Below, piece by piece: positions 51,857 to 62,064 of a DNA stretch of 64,000 nt; within the stretch, counting starts at the first letter, position 1, and each line of letters opens with the position of its first letter. The notes beneath the pieces were generated by a model. It did no database searches and had not been told where the DNA came from. It saw nothing but the letters and a program-made list of their open reading frames with translations. Source of the DNA: Promethearchaeota archaeon (GTDB taxonomy: Archaea; Asgardarchaeota; Lokiarchaeia; Sigyniarchaeales; SOKP01); assembly GCA_048940925.1 (NCBI GenBank), contig JBHLOC010000001.1:64001-128000 (forward strand), read 5' to 3'. The translations under genes were made by a program, and so were the position numbers.

Positions 51857-52491
51857 TCAAATGAATGATAGAATTCGATAATTATATTGGCAACTTGTTC
51901 TTCATAACCCCAATAAAAATGATCTGCACCCTCGATAATCTTACTTTCTTTTGGATTTAAGTAGAAATTAAAGTTTTCATAGAAATTTTCATAATTAGCT
52001 ACAGTATCATGATTTCCTTGAATGAATAGTTTTCTTTTTGAAGTTTGAGATAATTTTTTATATTTTGCTCCCATAAAGGCCCATGGAAAAGATATGGAGA
52101 TGAAACCAATTATCTTATCTGAATAATTTACTGTTGCACACCCTACTGCAGCACCATATGAATAACCACAAATAATGATTTTCTCACATTTTTTATTATT
52201 AATCAAAAAATCTATACAACTCTTAACATCACTTAATTCTCCTTTACCATTTGAATGATTTCCTGAAGATTCGCCAACTCCTCTAAAATTAAATCTTAAA
52301 CAAGAGATATTGTTGTTGATTAATTTGTTAAATACCGCAGATACTATATTATTATACATAGTGCCACCATATTGTGGATGAGGGTGACATATTAAAACAG
52401 TTGGCTTAGTAGTATGAGATGTTGATTGAAAATATTCCGCTTCAAGCTTAATTTCATAATTATCAATGAATAGTTTATCAATGCTTACCAT
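51853..52491 (-). CDS. Alpha/beta hydrolase
   Basis: HPHPQYGG, RFNFRGVG, GYSYG nucleophile, GADH. Confidence 0.9.
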   Translation of the reverse strand: MVSIDKLFIDNYEIKLEAEYFQSTSHTTKPTVLICHPHPQYGGTMYNNIVSAVFNKLINNNISCLRFNFRGVGESSGNHSNGKGELSDVKSCIDFLINNKKCEKIIICGYSYGAAVGCATVNYSDKIIGFISISFPWAFMGAKYKKLSQTSKRKLFIQGNHDTVANYENFYENFNFYLNPKESKIIEGADHFYWGYEEQVANIIIEFYHSFD

Positions 52492-52537
52492 AATTTTATT
52501 TAATTTTTAACCTATAATAATTATACTATAGATATTT

Positions 52538-53398
52538 GTGCGAAAAATGAGTTATAATAAAATTATTATTGAGAAAAAATTACGTGAGTTTTTAGAAGAA
52601 GATTGTAATTTTGCTGATGTTAGTTCTGGATGTATTCCTCCTAATGTAGAAGTATCAGCTAAAATTTTTGCAAAAAGTAATGGTTATGTTTCTGGACTTG
52701 AAGAATTGAAACTTTTATTCGAAATATTAGGGATTTCAGTGAACTTAATAAAAAATGACGGTGAAGCATTAAAAGAAGGAGATATCATAGCAGAATTAAA
52801 TGGAAATGCAAGAGAGATTTTACTTGGTGAAAGGGTGGCGCTTAATTTAATTACACATATGAGTAAAATAACGTCAACAGCAAAAAAGTTCGTTAAAATA
52901 ATAAAAAACTCAGGAAAAAACGTAAAAGTCGCTTGTACTCGTAAAACAACACCAGGTATCCGTATTTTTGAAAAAAAAGCAGTGGAACTTGCTAAAGCTG
53001 ATACTCATAGATTTTCACTTGATGAAATATTATTGAAAGATACTCATTTGAAGTATTATAATGGAGATGTGGAATTTCTTCTAAAAAATATAGATAAAAA
53101 AGTGAGTTTTGTAAAGAAAATCGAAATTGAAGTAGAAAAAGTGAGTGATGTGTTAATTGCAGCTAAGAATGGAGCAGATATAATTATGCTAGATAATTTT
53201 AGTCCTGATAAGGTGGCAGATGCTATTAATTTGATAAAAGAGCATAATTTGAGAGATAAAGTAATTATTGAGGTATCAGGAGGAATATCAGAAGATAACA
53301 TAGTTGACTATTTAATCGCAGAACCAGACATTATTAGTTTAGGTTTATTAACCCAGAATCCTACTGAATTTGTAGATTTTTCACTTAGGTTTGATTAG
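52538..53398 (+). CDS. nadC: Nicotinate-nucleotide pyrophosphorylase (quinolinate PRTase)
   Basis: TRKTTPG, HRFSL, LKDTH, EIEVE, IMLDNF, EVSGGI. Confidence 0.95.
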   Translation: MRKMSYNKIIIEKKLREFLEEDCNFADVSSGCIPPNVEVSAKIFAKSNGYVSGLEELKLLFEILGISVNLIKNDGEALKEGDIIAELNGNAREILLGERVALNLITHMSKITSTAKKFVKIIKNSGKNVKVACTRKTTPGIRIFEKKAVELAKADTHRFSLDEILLKDTHLKYYNGDVEFLLKNIDKKVSFVKKIEIEVEKVSDVLIAAKNGADIIMLDNFSPDKVADAINLIKEHNLRDKVIIEVSGGISEDNIVDYLIAEPDIISLGLLTQNPTEFVDFSLRFD

Positions 53399-53405
53399 AA
53401 TTTAT

Positions 53406-53798
53406 TTAGTCAATGATAATTTCTCGAATTGAACATATTACATCCTTAATCTCAGCTAGTTTTTTATAAACGTCCTTAATTACTTCTATTTCACCCACTA
53501 AAAGAATAATTTCGATCTTTTTTTCTGCAATTCGCCAATCTGTTATGGTTTTAATAATCTGGTGAAATTGAGAATATATATTTGAAATTTGATCTATTAT
53601 TATGTCTTTAAATGGATAGACTAAACTAATAGTCATTATTTTATATCCCTCTAAATTCTCGAATTCTTCATGTTTTTCAATAAAACTTACAATTGAATCT
53701 CTTAAAGCTTCACTTTTAGAAGAAAAACCACTAAAATTTCGAACTTTTTCAAATCTTTCTAGTAGATCATCGGTTAATTGTAATGAGATTATTGGCAT
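53406..53798 (-). CDS. NikR-like RHH/ACT regulator
   Basis: IISLQL...GFSSKSEALRDSI RHH plus ACT-like C-terminus. Confidence 0.8.
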   Translation of the reverse strand: MPIISLQLTDDLLERFEKVRNFSGFSSKSEALRDSIVSFIEKHEEFENLEGYKIMTISLVYPFKDIIIDQISNIYSQFHQIIKTITDWRIAEKKIEIILLVGEIEVIKDVYKKLAEIKDVICSIREIIID

Positions 53799-53874
53799 AA
53801 TAACTCCTCTATTAGTTTTTTTAATTGAATATTTATTTTCACTCTAATTATAATAATGCTTTTTATTTTTATTT

Positions 53875-54714
53875 TTAAATAAAATTTTTGACAAAATCAA
53901 TACTTTGAATTAAGTGTTTAGATGAGGATAATTCGATAATCAATGCATCATTATAGCTGTATTGATGTATTAAACTAAATATTTCATTGAAATCGACTTT
54001 TCCGGTTCCTAAAGGGGGATGAGTATCTGTTTCTTTACTAAAATTATCTACTATATGAATATTTCGTATTTTTTTATACATTTTTTCCCATAATAGTTTA
54101 ACATCTCCATCTGTTGTGTAAAAATGACTAGAATCATAAGTGAAATATAATTCCGAGCGATTTATTGTATTAAAGAAACTTTCTATTTCATTTTCATCTA
54201 ATAACATATAATTCCTACGGGGCATATTCTCAATACAGAGATCTATTTCCATTGTGTTAGTATAATCTAATAAAATATTAACTGCATTTACTAAATTGGT
54301 TTTATTAAATTCCCTTAAAGGTTTAACTAAGAAGTCTCCAAATCCTGGATGAATTGTTAAAATTTTTGCACCTAATTTATTACATATTTTAGCGGTTTCG
54401 ACATAAGATTTAATGGATGCTTCTGAAATGAGTTTATTATTAGAACATAAGTTTACACTAATAAAAGGCCCATGAACTTGTATTTTTAATGAATAAGACC
54501 TTATCAAATCAATAAACTGCTGCAAATTATTACTTTTTAATATTAATGGAGGTTCGATTACTATTTCAACTATATTAATATTATTATTTTCTGCAAATTT
54601 AAGACTCTCATCTGTAGCTTTGATTAATAAGTCATTTAAGCTTGTAAAATTACCTGAAATTCCGAGATCTATAAGATGTCCAAGAGAACTAATTCCTATT
54701 TCCAAACTTTTCAC
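53875..54714 (-). CDS. Xylose isomerase-like (AP endonuclease 2) TIM-barrel sugar phosphate isomerase/epimerase
   Basis: VHGP, IHPG, IENMP, YDSSH, HIVDN, HPPLGTG, IIE. Confidence 0.85.
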   Translation of the reverse strand: MKSLEIGISSLGHLIDLGISGNFTSLNDLLIKATDESLKFAENNNINIVEIVIEPPLILKSNNLQQFIDLIRSYSLKIQVHGPFISVNLCSNNKLISEASIKSYVETAKICNKLGAKILTIHPGFGDFLVKPLREFNKTNLVNAVNILLDYTNTMEIDLCIENMPRRNYMLLDENEIESFFNTINRSELYFTYDSSHFYTTDGDVKLLWEKMYKKIRNIHIVDNFSKETDTHPPLGTGKVDFNEIFSLIHQYSYNDALIIELSSSKHLIQSIDFVKNFI

Positions 54715-54743
54715 ATGTTTTTACTTATACAGAATTTTTTATA

Positions 54744-55427
54744 TTAAATATTTTTCTTTCGCATACTTCGAGGATAATTAGCAAATAAGCTGTTATGCAG
54801 TTTTTCAAATCTTGTAAGATGTATTTCTGGAATTTGTTTTGGTTCTCCTATCTGTAAAGCACCCCAGTAAATTTTTGCTAATTTTTCCACAAGTTCTGCG
54901 AATTTTACTGCATGATCTATAGATTTTCCGCATACTATTACTCCATGGTTTTCTAATAAGGCAGCATTTTTAATTCCTAAAGCATTAAGGGCTACCTCAC
55001 CTATTTCTTCTGTGTGAGCCTTTCCAAACCTAGATACATCAACAGAGCCTCCTATAAAAATATACATTTCCTCCATTATTAGCGGAATACTTTTTTGGAC
55101 AATTGATAGCATTGTTGCATAAGTTGAATGAGTATGAATTATTGCTTGTACTTTTGGTCTTGATTTGTAAATAGCAATATGCATTTTTACTTCTGTTGAA
55201 GGTAATTTACCACTACTTAAAGGAGTACCATCAAAACCCATATGGACGATTTCATCTTCCTTTAATGTAGTATATTGGTTAAATGACGGAGTGATGAAAA
55301 GCTCCTCTTTTTTACCATTTCTTATACTGACATTACCTTCTCCAGCTTCTACTAAACCTTTTGCAAAAATAGATTTTGCTGCTTCAACTACTTCTAACCG
55401 AAGTTGTTCTTCTTTATTCGTTGACAT
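54744..55427 (-). CDS. Class II aldolase/adducin family (FucA-like)
   Basis: GNVS, ITPS, PSTE, HTHS, NHG. Confidence 0.9.
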   Translation of the reverse strand: MSTNKEEQLRLEVVEAAKSIFAKGLVEAGEGNVSIRNGKKEELFITPSFNQYTTLKEDEIVHMGFDGTPLSSGKLPSTEVKMHIAIYKSRPKVQAIIHTHSTYATMLSIVQKSIPLIMEEMYIFIGGSVDVSRFGKAHTEEIGEVALNALGIKNAALLENHGVIVCGKSIDHAVKFAELVEKLAKIYWGALQIGEPKQIPEIHLTRFEKLHNSLFANYPRSMRKKNI

Positions 55428-55599
55428 AGTATAAATAATTAAGAGTATATTTTAAATATTGTAAGTATTTTTTTTAAGAAAAGAACAATCAATTCATATC
55501 TATTTGAAAATTTTTTTCAGTCCCATTTTTTAAATTAAGATAATATATATCATAACTAGCATAAATTATATCTCTCTTTAGTAAAAATTTTTCTCAACA

Positions 55600-56697
55600 A
55601 TGACAAGATTGATAATTCATTGTGATTTGGATTGTTTTTTTGCTGCAGTCGAAGTAAGAGATAATCCAAAATATAGAGGAAAGCCTGTTATCATTGGAGC
55701 CGACCCAAAAGAAGGTAATGGGCGAGGTGTTGTATCAACTTGTTCATATGAGGCAAGAGTATTTGGTATTCATTCAGGAATGCCCATTTCTCATGCATAT
55801 CAAAGATGCTCTCAAGGGATTTATTTAAGGCCTAATGGTGAAAAATATAGAAAAGTGTCTAAACAGGTTATGCAAATATTAAATAAATATTCAGATACTT
55901 TCCAACAGGCGGGAATTGATGAAGCATATTTGGAATTTACAGAAATCTGCTCAAATTTTAAAGAAGTCAAAAATATTGCTGAAAATATACAAAATAATAT
56001 CCATAAAAACTTAGGGATTACAATTTCAATAGGATGTGCACCAACAAAATCTTTAGCAAAAATTGCATCTGATTGTAATAAACCAAAAGGAATAACCATT
56101 TTTACACCAAATAATTTTAAAGATAAATTAAAAGATTTAGAGATTACAAAAATCCCGGGTATAGGCAAAAAATCTAAAAAATATCTTTATAAGAAGAATA
56201 TTAGGAAGATAGGGGATATACTCAAATTTTCTCTTCAAAAATTTAGAGATCTATTTGGTAAAAATGGAGAATGGATTTGGAAAGTTGTGAATGGTTTTGA
56301 TAATAGGAAGGTACGGGAATTTGATGATGGAAGGAAGTCCATTAGTGCAGAACGAACATTTTTTGCAGACACAGATGATTTTCAAGAGGTATTATCAAAA
56401 TTGGAAGATATTAATAATAAGATACATAAATCGGTTGTAAAAAATAATATAACTTACAAAACTATAACATTGAAAATTAGATTCAAAGGCTATTTGACAT
56501 ATACTCGTTCAAAAACACTTTCCTATCATACCCAGGACAAAAATATTGTAATGGATGAAATTTTAAAGTTATATAAAGAATTCTCAAATAATAAAAAAAA
56601 GATAAGGTTAGTTGGGATTAAATTGTCAAATCTGGAATTGAATATAAAATCTCGTCAAACAAATCTTCTAAGTTTTGCTTCTGTTTCTATTGCCTAA
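55600..56697 (+). CDS. dinB: Y-family DNA polymerase IV
   Basis: HCDLDCFFAAVE, SYEAR, IDEAY, AKIASD..KPKG, IPGIG. Confidence 0.95.
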   Translation: MTRLIIHCDLDCFFAAVEVRDNPKYRGKPVIIGADPKEGNGRGVVSTCSYEARVFGIHSGMPISHAYQRCSQGIYLRPNGEKYRKVSKQVMQILNKYSDTFQQAGIDEAYLEFTEICSNFKEVKNIAENIQNNIHKNLGITISIGCAPTKSLAKIASDCNKPKGITIFTPNNFKDKLKDLEITKIPGIGKKSKKYLYKKNIRKIGDILKFSLQKFRDLFGKNGEWIWKVVNGFDNRKVREFDDGRKSISAERTFFADTDDFQEVLSKLEDINNKIHKSVVKNNITYKTITLKIRFKGYLTYTRSKTLSYHTQDKNIVMDEILKLYKEFSNNKKKIRLVGIKLSNLELNIKSRQTNLLSFASVSIA

Positions 56698-58771
56698 TTA
56701 TGTCTTTTATTTCAAATAAATAATTTTCCAATGAAGAAGTACTTATATTGATACCTGGTGTTTGCTTTGACTTTCTTAATAAATCTGATTCAAAATTATA
56801 TTCATTTAAAAGCCATAACAATTTATATAATTCGATTTTTTTTCTAAAATCATTATTAACTTTATGATATTTTGAATAAGCATCATAAAAAGCATTAAAA
56901 AATGAGGGAATATTCAAGTGTTTTAAAATCCAATATTCTATTTTAACAAAATCTTGAGCTCTGTGTCCTATACACCATTTATCAAAACCTACAAACCCGT
57001 TAGTTTGAATGGCACCTAATTCTTCTTTGACTATAATATTTTGACTTTGAAAATCATTATATAGTAAAACATACTCGTGATCCTCTTCAATTAATGTCCT
57101 ATTATTATTGAAGAATGCCCAAATTTGATCACTAACATCTATTCCATTTTTTTTTGCTTCTTGAATTTTATTTTCTAATTCATTAGTAAAAAAATCAGAA
57201 GAGATGGCTTTTCTCTTGCCCCCAATATCCCTTATATTACTATAATAAGAGTCAAATTTTATGTTATGTAAATGTCCTAAATGTTCTCCTAAATTGGCAA
57301 ATAAATTTAGAAATCTGCTGGTATTTAAGTTTTTTCCCTCATTTAAATACTGATTTACAAGTTGAAATAGAGGTTTTCCTCTAATATAATCTTGCACTGA
57401 GAAAATATAAGGGATTATTTGTTTCGTTTCATCGTAGAAAATTAAGTTACTTACTGGAATAATTGTAGGTTTTTCTTTCTTGAATATGTAAGATCCTGTT
57501 TTTTTACTAATTATTTGCTTTACCTTTTCTCCTAGATCATGCTCTTCAGGAGTAAGAGTCTTATCTAAAAAAGGAAATAAGAGTTTCTCTTTGATTATAT
57601 TTTCTATTTGAGGATATCCATTTGTTCTAAATCTGAAAACTAATTTACTATTTTCAAAAACAACTTTATAAAGTGTATTTATATCAGCTTTATAAGGTCC
57701 TTTTATTTTTTTTACTTTTCCTTGCTTGACTAGAATATCAATATTAGAAAATGTTTGAATAATATCATGGAATTGATATATATCTTTTTTACCTAATGAG
57801 TAAAGGTGATATATATGTTTTTGATTAACTAAATAATTCACAGTAGCTTCGATTCTTTCTTTAACTATAGAATCAAAATCTTCTTGTGCTCTATTTGTAA
57901 TAGTACTAATATATTCCTTAGAATTTGATATCAAGTCTTTATATAGATATAAAAATGCATATTTTAGACTTAAACATTCAGAGTCTTCAATTTGCTTGAA
58001 ATAAATTTTATTTCTAATATCATTAATTTGCTCTTGTAGTTGAAGAAGTTCTAAGATATTATCCTCTAGGGCATATTTTAATAATTTAGAAAACATATTA
58101 ACCAAATTACTTATTTTAGAAACAATTCCACTATATTTTCTTTGTTCTATTGGAATTAATTGGAAAAATACTTGAGAATTTTCCTCCATTCCACACCAAA
58201 CTGAAAAATTTTCATTTAATATTTGAATAAAAGATTTACAATTCTTGATATTATTAAAAGAATCGTTCAATCCTCTTAGATTGGAAAATTTTAATAATTT
58301 GGTAATTAAATTTGGTGTAATATCATTTCCAATGTATATACTTGGATTATTATGGATATATATCGGACTTTTTGGATTAATTGAACTTAAAATATTTTCA
58401 AAATAGGATTTAATTTCTTGAGTATCTAATTTTTTAGTGGTTGGAGGTGTAATCATAAAATTAAGAACAGGAAATTTTTTTGCTAATATCTCTATCTGAT
58501 TTATAATATCTTCTACATCATTACCATATATTCCAGTAATAATTGGAGTTTTTTTTTTAGTAATTTCAATTGATAACTCAATAAGTTTAATTATTTCTTC
58601 AATTTTATCAGAAAATAGCTGCCTTTCTCCTAGATTTCCAAAAAGAAGAAGTGAATTAATATCATTTGTAAGGATGTGACGGATTAATAATGAATTTAAT
58701 TCTTTATCAATTTCATAATCTTTATTATAGAAGGATAGTGTGTTACAGATAACTCCATTAACAGATGTCAT
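56687..58771 (-). CDS. Fusion of a DHDPS/NAL-like TIM barrel and an APH/choline-kinase-like domain, both with degenerate active sites
   Basis: N-terminal GNLGE, TPP, IYIHNNP, GLNDS; C-terminal LGHLH, LLYNDFQSQNII, GFVGFD..IG...DF. Confidence 0.75.
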   Translation of the reverse strand: MTSVNGVICNTLSFYNKDYEIDKELNSLLIRHILTNDINSLLLFGNLGERQLFSDKIEEIIKLIELSIEITKKKTPIITGIYGNDVEDIINQIEILAKKFPVLNFMITPPTTKKLDTQEIKSYFENILSSINPKSPIYIHNNPSIYIGNDITPNLITKLLKFSNLRGLNDSFNNIKNCKSFIQILNENFSVWCGMEENSQVFFQLIPIEQRKYSGIVSKISNLVNMFSKLLKYALEDNILELLQLQEQINDIRNKIYFKQIEDSECLSLKYAFLYLYKDLISNSKEYISTITNRAQEDFDSIVKERIEATVNYLVNQKHIYHLYSLGKKDIYQFHDIIQTFSNIDILVKQGKVKKIKGPYKADINTLYKVVFENSKLVFRFRTNGYPQIENIIKEKLLFPFLDKTLTPEEHDLGEKVKQIISKKTGSYIFKKEKPTIIPVSNLIFYDETKQIIPYIFSVQDYIRGKPLFQLVNQYLNEGKNLNTSRFLNLFANLGEHLGHLHNIKFDSYYSNIRDIGGKRKAISSDFFTNELENKIQEAKKNGIDVSDQIWAFFNNNRTLIEEDHEYVLLYNDFQSQNIIVKEELGAIQTNGFVGFDKWCIGHRAQDFVKIEYWILKHLNIPSFFNAFYDAYSKYHKVNNDFRKKIELYKLLWLLNEYNFESDLLRKSKQTPGINISTSSLENYLFEIKDIIRQ

Positions 58772-58978
58772 TCTTATGTCCTCCTTATATAAAAAACCGT
58801 GACTTCTAATTTCTTAGGTCTACTAATTGTTTAGATTCTGGATATTCTTATAGAATAATATGATTTTTAATGGACTTAAAATTTTATAATTTTCTTATTA
58901 AATAATCACGTATATAATTTAAATTAATTCGAAAGATTGATGTAATAGTGGTTTGAAATTTTTTTTTATATAGAAAAT

Positions 58979-59689
58979 GTGAAATTACCTTTAATTTCTA
59001 GTGGTACTTCGCCTTTTATAGGAGCAGGTCAATTTGGATTCAATGCATTTGATTGGCGAAGAAAATTTTTAAATAATCCAGATGCAATAATAGAGATTTT
59101 GGAAACAGGTTACCAATATGGAGCAAGAGGTGTAGAAGCAATTCCATTAGGAAAAATTATGGAAGCTTGTTGTATAATGAGTGAAATTCATAATGATTAT
59201 ATTATTACAGGATCTACATACCCTGAAAAAAACTCTGGTATTGAAGCTTTAATTAAAGCTGAGGCAAAAATAATATTCGTGCATGGGATGATAGCTGACA
59301 AGAAAGGAAGAGAATTGTCAAATCTACTGGATGATATTGTTTCTCAAGGAATAATTCCTGGTATTGCTACCCATGAACCAATTTCTACAATAAATTATGT
59401 TATTGATAAAAAGTTGAATGTAAAGGTGTTCCTGATTCCTTTTAATGCGTCTGGTGCTTTTATGGGGGATTTAAGGGGTCTAGAACAAATTGTTGATAAT
59501 ACAAGTAATTATTATTTTATTGGTATGAAAACTTTAGCTGCTGGGAATCTGGAGCCCGCTGAAGCTTTTGATTACATTGCAGAACATAATATTTGTGCTG
59601 TTACAATAGGAATGGTTACAAAGGAGGAGGCTAAGATTTCTACGCAAATTGCATTACAAGCATTAACTTCAAAAAATAATCGTTTTTAA
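58979..59689 (+). CDS. Conserved archaeal TIM-barrel protein (aldo-keto-reductase-like fold)
   Basis: GTSPFIGAGQFG, GIATH, GMKTLAAG, TIGM. Confidence 0.6.
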   Translation: MKLPLISSGTSPFIGAGQFGFNAFDWRRKFLNNPDAIIEILETGYQYGARGVEAIPLGKIMEACCIMSEIHNDYIITGSTYPEKNSGIEALIKAEAKIIFVHGMIADKKGRELSNLLDDIVSQGIIPGIATHEPISTINYVIDKKLNVKVFLIPFNASGAFMGDLRGLEQIVDNTSNYYFIGMKTLAAGNLEPAEAFDYIAEHNICAVTIGMVTKEEAKISTQIALQALTSKNNRF

Positions 59690-59698
59690 TTGTTATGA

Positions 59699-61387
59699 TT
59701 AAATTTTTTTAGATTCCTTGAAAATATCAAAAATCTCCATTTCATAATCAATCGTATCTTCAGGTAGGAGATTTGGATCTTTTACTAATTTTGCTAGATA
59801 ATAAGTTTTAGCTCCTCTTTCAAGATATTGTAAAACTGTATATGCTCCTTCAAGGTGGCTTCCACAGCACAGGTTGCCATGGTTAGCAAGCAATACGGCG
59901 TTCCGCTCCTCTAAAGCTGTGATAACACTTTCCGCTAATTCTTCACTTCCGGCTTCTCCATAAGCAGCACACAAAACTTCTCCTCCTATATAAGGTACTA
60001 ATTCTTCCATTATTGGAGGTACTGAAAGATTTAGCGCACTAAGTACTGTTGAAAACATGCTATGAGCATGAATTATGGCATTTACATCTTCTCTTTCTTT
60101 GTATAATCTTAGATGCATTTTTTTTTCTACAGAAGGATTCTTTTCACCCTCTAATACTTTACCCTCCATATTTATAATAAGGATATCATCAGGTTTCATC
60201 TCTTCATATTTTACATTGCTTGGGGTGATTAATACTATCTCTTTATTGTTATATTTCATTCTAAAGCTAACATTTCCAGCAGATCCAATTACATGTCCTT
60301 CATTTAGTAATTTTTTACAAAGTGTAACAATTTCTGCTCTCTTCTGATTAATACTCATATCAGATATGATATCTATTTTCCTTTTAGCTTTAATTACTTC
60401 GGGATTTAAAATATTTCTTGGTATTTCATCATTTAACCACAATTTTATATCTTCTAATAACATTCTAGATTGACGTTCTATGATTTCTATGGTATTTCCA
60501 CCTATATGAGGGGTCACAATAACATTATCCAATTCTAAAAATTCATTATCTTCGTCAATAGGTTCCATTGGGAAAACATCAAGAGCTGCTCCCGCAATTT
60601 TTTTTTGTTTTAAAGCTTGATATAATGCATCATAATCAATAAGGCTTCCTTTAGCTGTGTTTACTATATACGCTTTTTTTTTCATCAAATCTAAACGTTT
60701 TTTGTTAATAAGATTATCATTATCATCAGTAGCTTTTGCGTGTATTGTTATAAAATCAGAATCTTTCATTAAGTAATCTATATCTACTTTCTCACCATAA
60801 TCTTCAGTACTTTCATCTGGAATATAAGGATCATAAATAAGAAAATTAACTCCAAAAGGTTTTAATCTGTCAGCAACTCTGCGTCCAATCTGCCCGAAAC
60901 CAATTATTCCTATAGTTTTTCCTTTTAATTCTACTCCTTCAAATTGATTAAAGTATTTAACCCAATCTTCAAAATCTATAACTTGAAAATTTTTCGAATG
61001 GAGCACTCTATCAATTATCGAGAAATTTCTAGCTAAAGAAAGTATGAATCCTACCGCAGCTTCAGCAACAGCTTCAACATTTCTTAATGGCGTATTTAAT
61101 ACTGGTATATTATTTTTAGTAGCCGTTTTTAAATCAATATTGAATGGATCTCCTCTACAGGATACGACTAGCTTTAGTTTTGTTTGATTAAAAATTTCTG
61201 GTTTTTTAATATCATCTATTTCGGTAATAAAAATATCATAGTTTTTTAATTTTTCAATAAGTTCTTTTATATCAAAATATATAATTCCCGTTTCTCTCCA
61301 GGGTTCGTAGGTAATTTCCATTAATTTTTTTAATTCATTCAAACATTTTTCTGTAATATTTGCTGTTATTAGAGATTTCATTAGCAT
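59699..61387 (-). CDS. Fusion of a D-2-hydroxyacid dehydrogenase (SerA-like) and a class II aldolase
   Basis: AVAE, GFGQIG, VNTAKG, ALDVF.MEP, TPHIGG; then GNVS, ITPS, PSVE, HAHS, NHG. Confidence 0.9.
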   Translation of the reverse strand: MLMKSLITANITEKCLNELKKLMEITYEPWRETGIIYFDIKELIEKLKNYDIFITEIDDIKKPEIFNQTKLKLVVSCRGDPFNIDLKTATKNNIPVLNTPLRNVEAVAEAAVGFILSLARNFSIIDRVLHSKNFQVIDFEDWVKYFNQFEGVELKGKTIGIIGFGQIGRRVADRLKPFGVNFLIYDPYIPDESTEDYGEKVDIDYLMKDSDFITIHAKATDDNDNLINKKRLDLMKKKAYIVNTAKGSLIDYDALYQALKQKKIAGAALDVFPMEPIDEDNEFLELDNVIVTPHIGGNTIEIIERQSRMLLEDIKLWLNDEIPRNILNPEVIKAKRKIDIISDMSINQKRAEIVTLCKKLLNEGHVIGSAGNVSFRMKYNNKEIVLITPSNVKYEEMKPDDILIINMEGKVLEGEKNPSVEKKMHLRLYKEREDVNAIIHAHSMFSTVLSALNLSVPPIMEELVPYIGGEVLCAAYGEAGSEELAESVITALEERNAVLLANHGNLCCGSHLEGAYTVLQYLERGAKTYYLAKLVKDPNLLPEDTIDYEMEIFDIFKESKKI

Positions 61388-61487
61388 ATTTCCTTTTTAA
61401 TTTATTAGTTCTCTATTATTATTTACAATATTAATGATGTAGATTTAAAATTAATACTTAAATGTTATAATTTAATGAAGAATATGC

Positions 61488-61847
61488 TTAGAACATTAAA
61501 CTTCGAAGCTTCATTAAGGTTCGTATATTACCCTCAATTATTTTGACTTTACCATCAGAATAAGCTTTAACTGCACCTAACTTTTTATTAAATAAATTAA
61601 TCATTACTTCTTCACCCGTAAATTCAATTTTAACTTTTGCAGTATCATCTCCTGTCTTATCTTTTATTTCAATCCCTTGATCTTTATTGATAAGGATAAG
61701 GATTTTTCTGTTGGTATCCATAAATGATACTTGGATGGGTTCTTCATAATTAGCTAATTTTCTTCTTATTTTTTCGTTGTTGTTATAACGTTTTTTAATT
61801 TCTTCTAAGCAATTATTTATTGTTAAAATTTGTGACATAATTTTCAC
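61488..61847 (-). CDS. SCP2 sterol/lipid-binding domain protein
   Basis: C-terminal LGAVKAYSDGKVKIIEGN..LMKL pattern typical of SCP2. Confidence 0.7.
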   Translation of the reverse strand: MKIMSQILTINNCLEEIKKRYNNNEKIRRKLANYEEPIQVSFMDTNRKILILINKDQGIEIKDKTGDDTAKVKIEFTGEEVMINLFNKKLGAVKAYSDGKVKIIEGNIRTLMKLRSLMF

Positions 61848-62064
61848 ATTATCTTTATCATTCGTGAACCAATTTTAAATTATTATTTTTAAATATCATA
61901 TATGAAGAAAATCTAATAAAGCATCCCTCTATTGATTTTAAAAGCAGGTGTTTTGTACTAATAATATTTTGAATATTGAAAATAAGTTTTAATTAAGTTA
62001 AACAAATATAATATTAAAGATTTTAAGCAAAATTTTTTAATTAAAAATATAGTATTGAATACTT

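Noticed and set aside
851-60347. Numerous 60-117 aa ORFs antisense to or nested in confident genes (e.g. 851-1033, 4227-4484, 16601-16954, 55821-56168)
   Set aside because: Shadow frames of well-supported CDSs with no motifs
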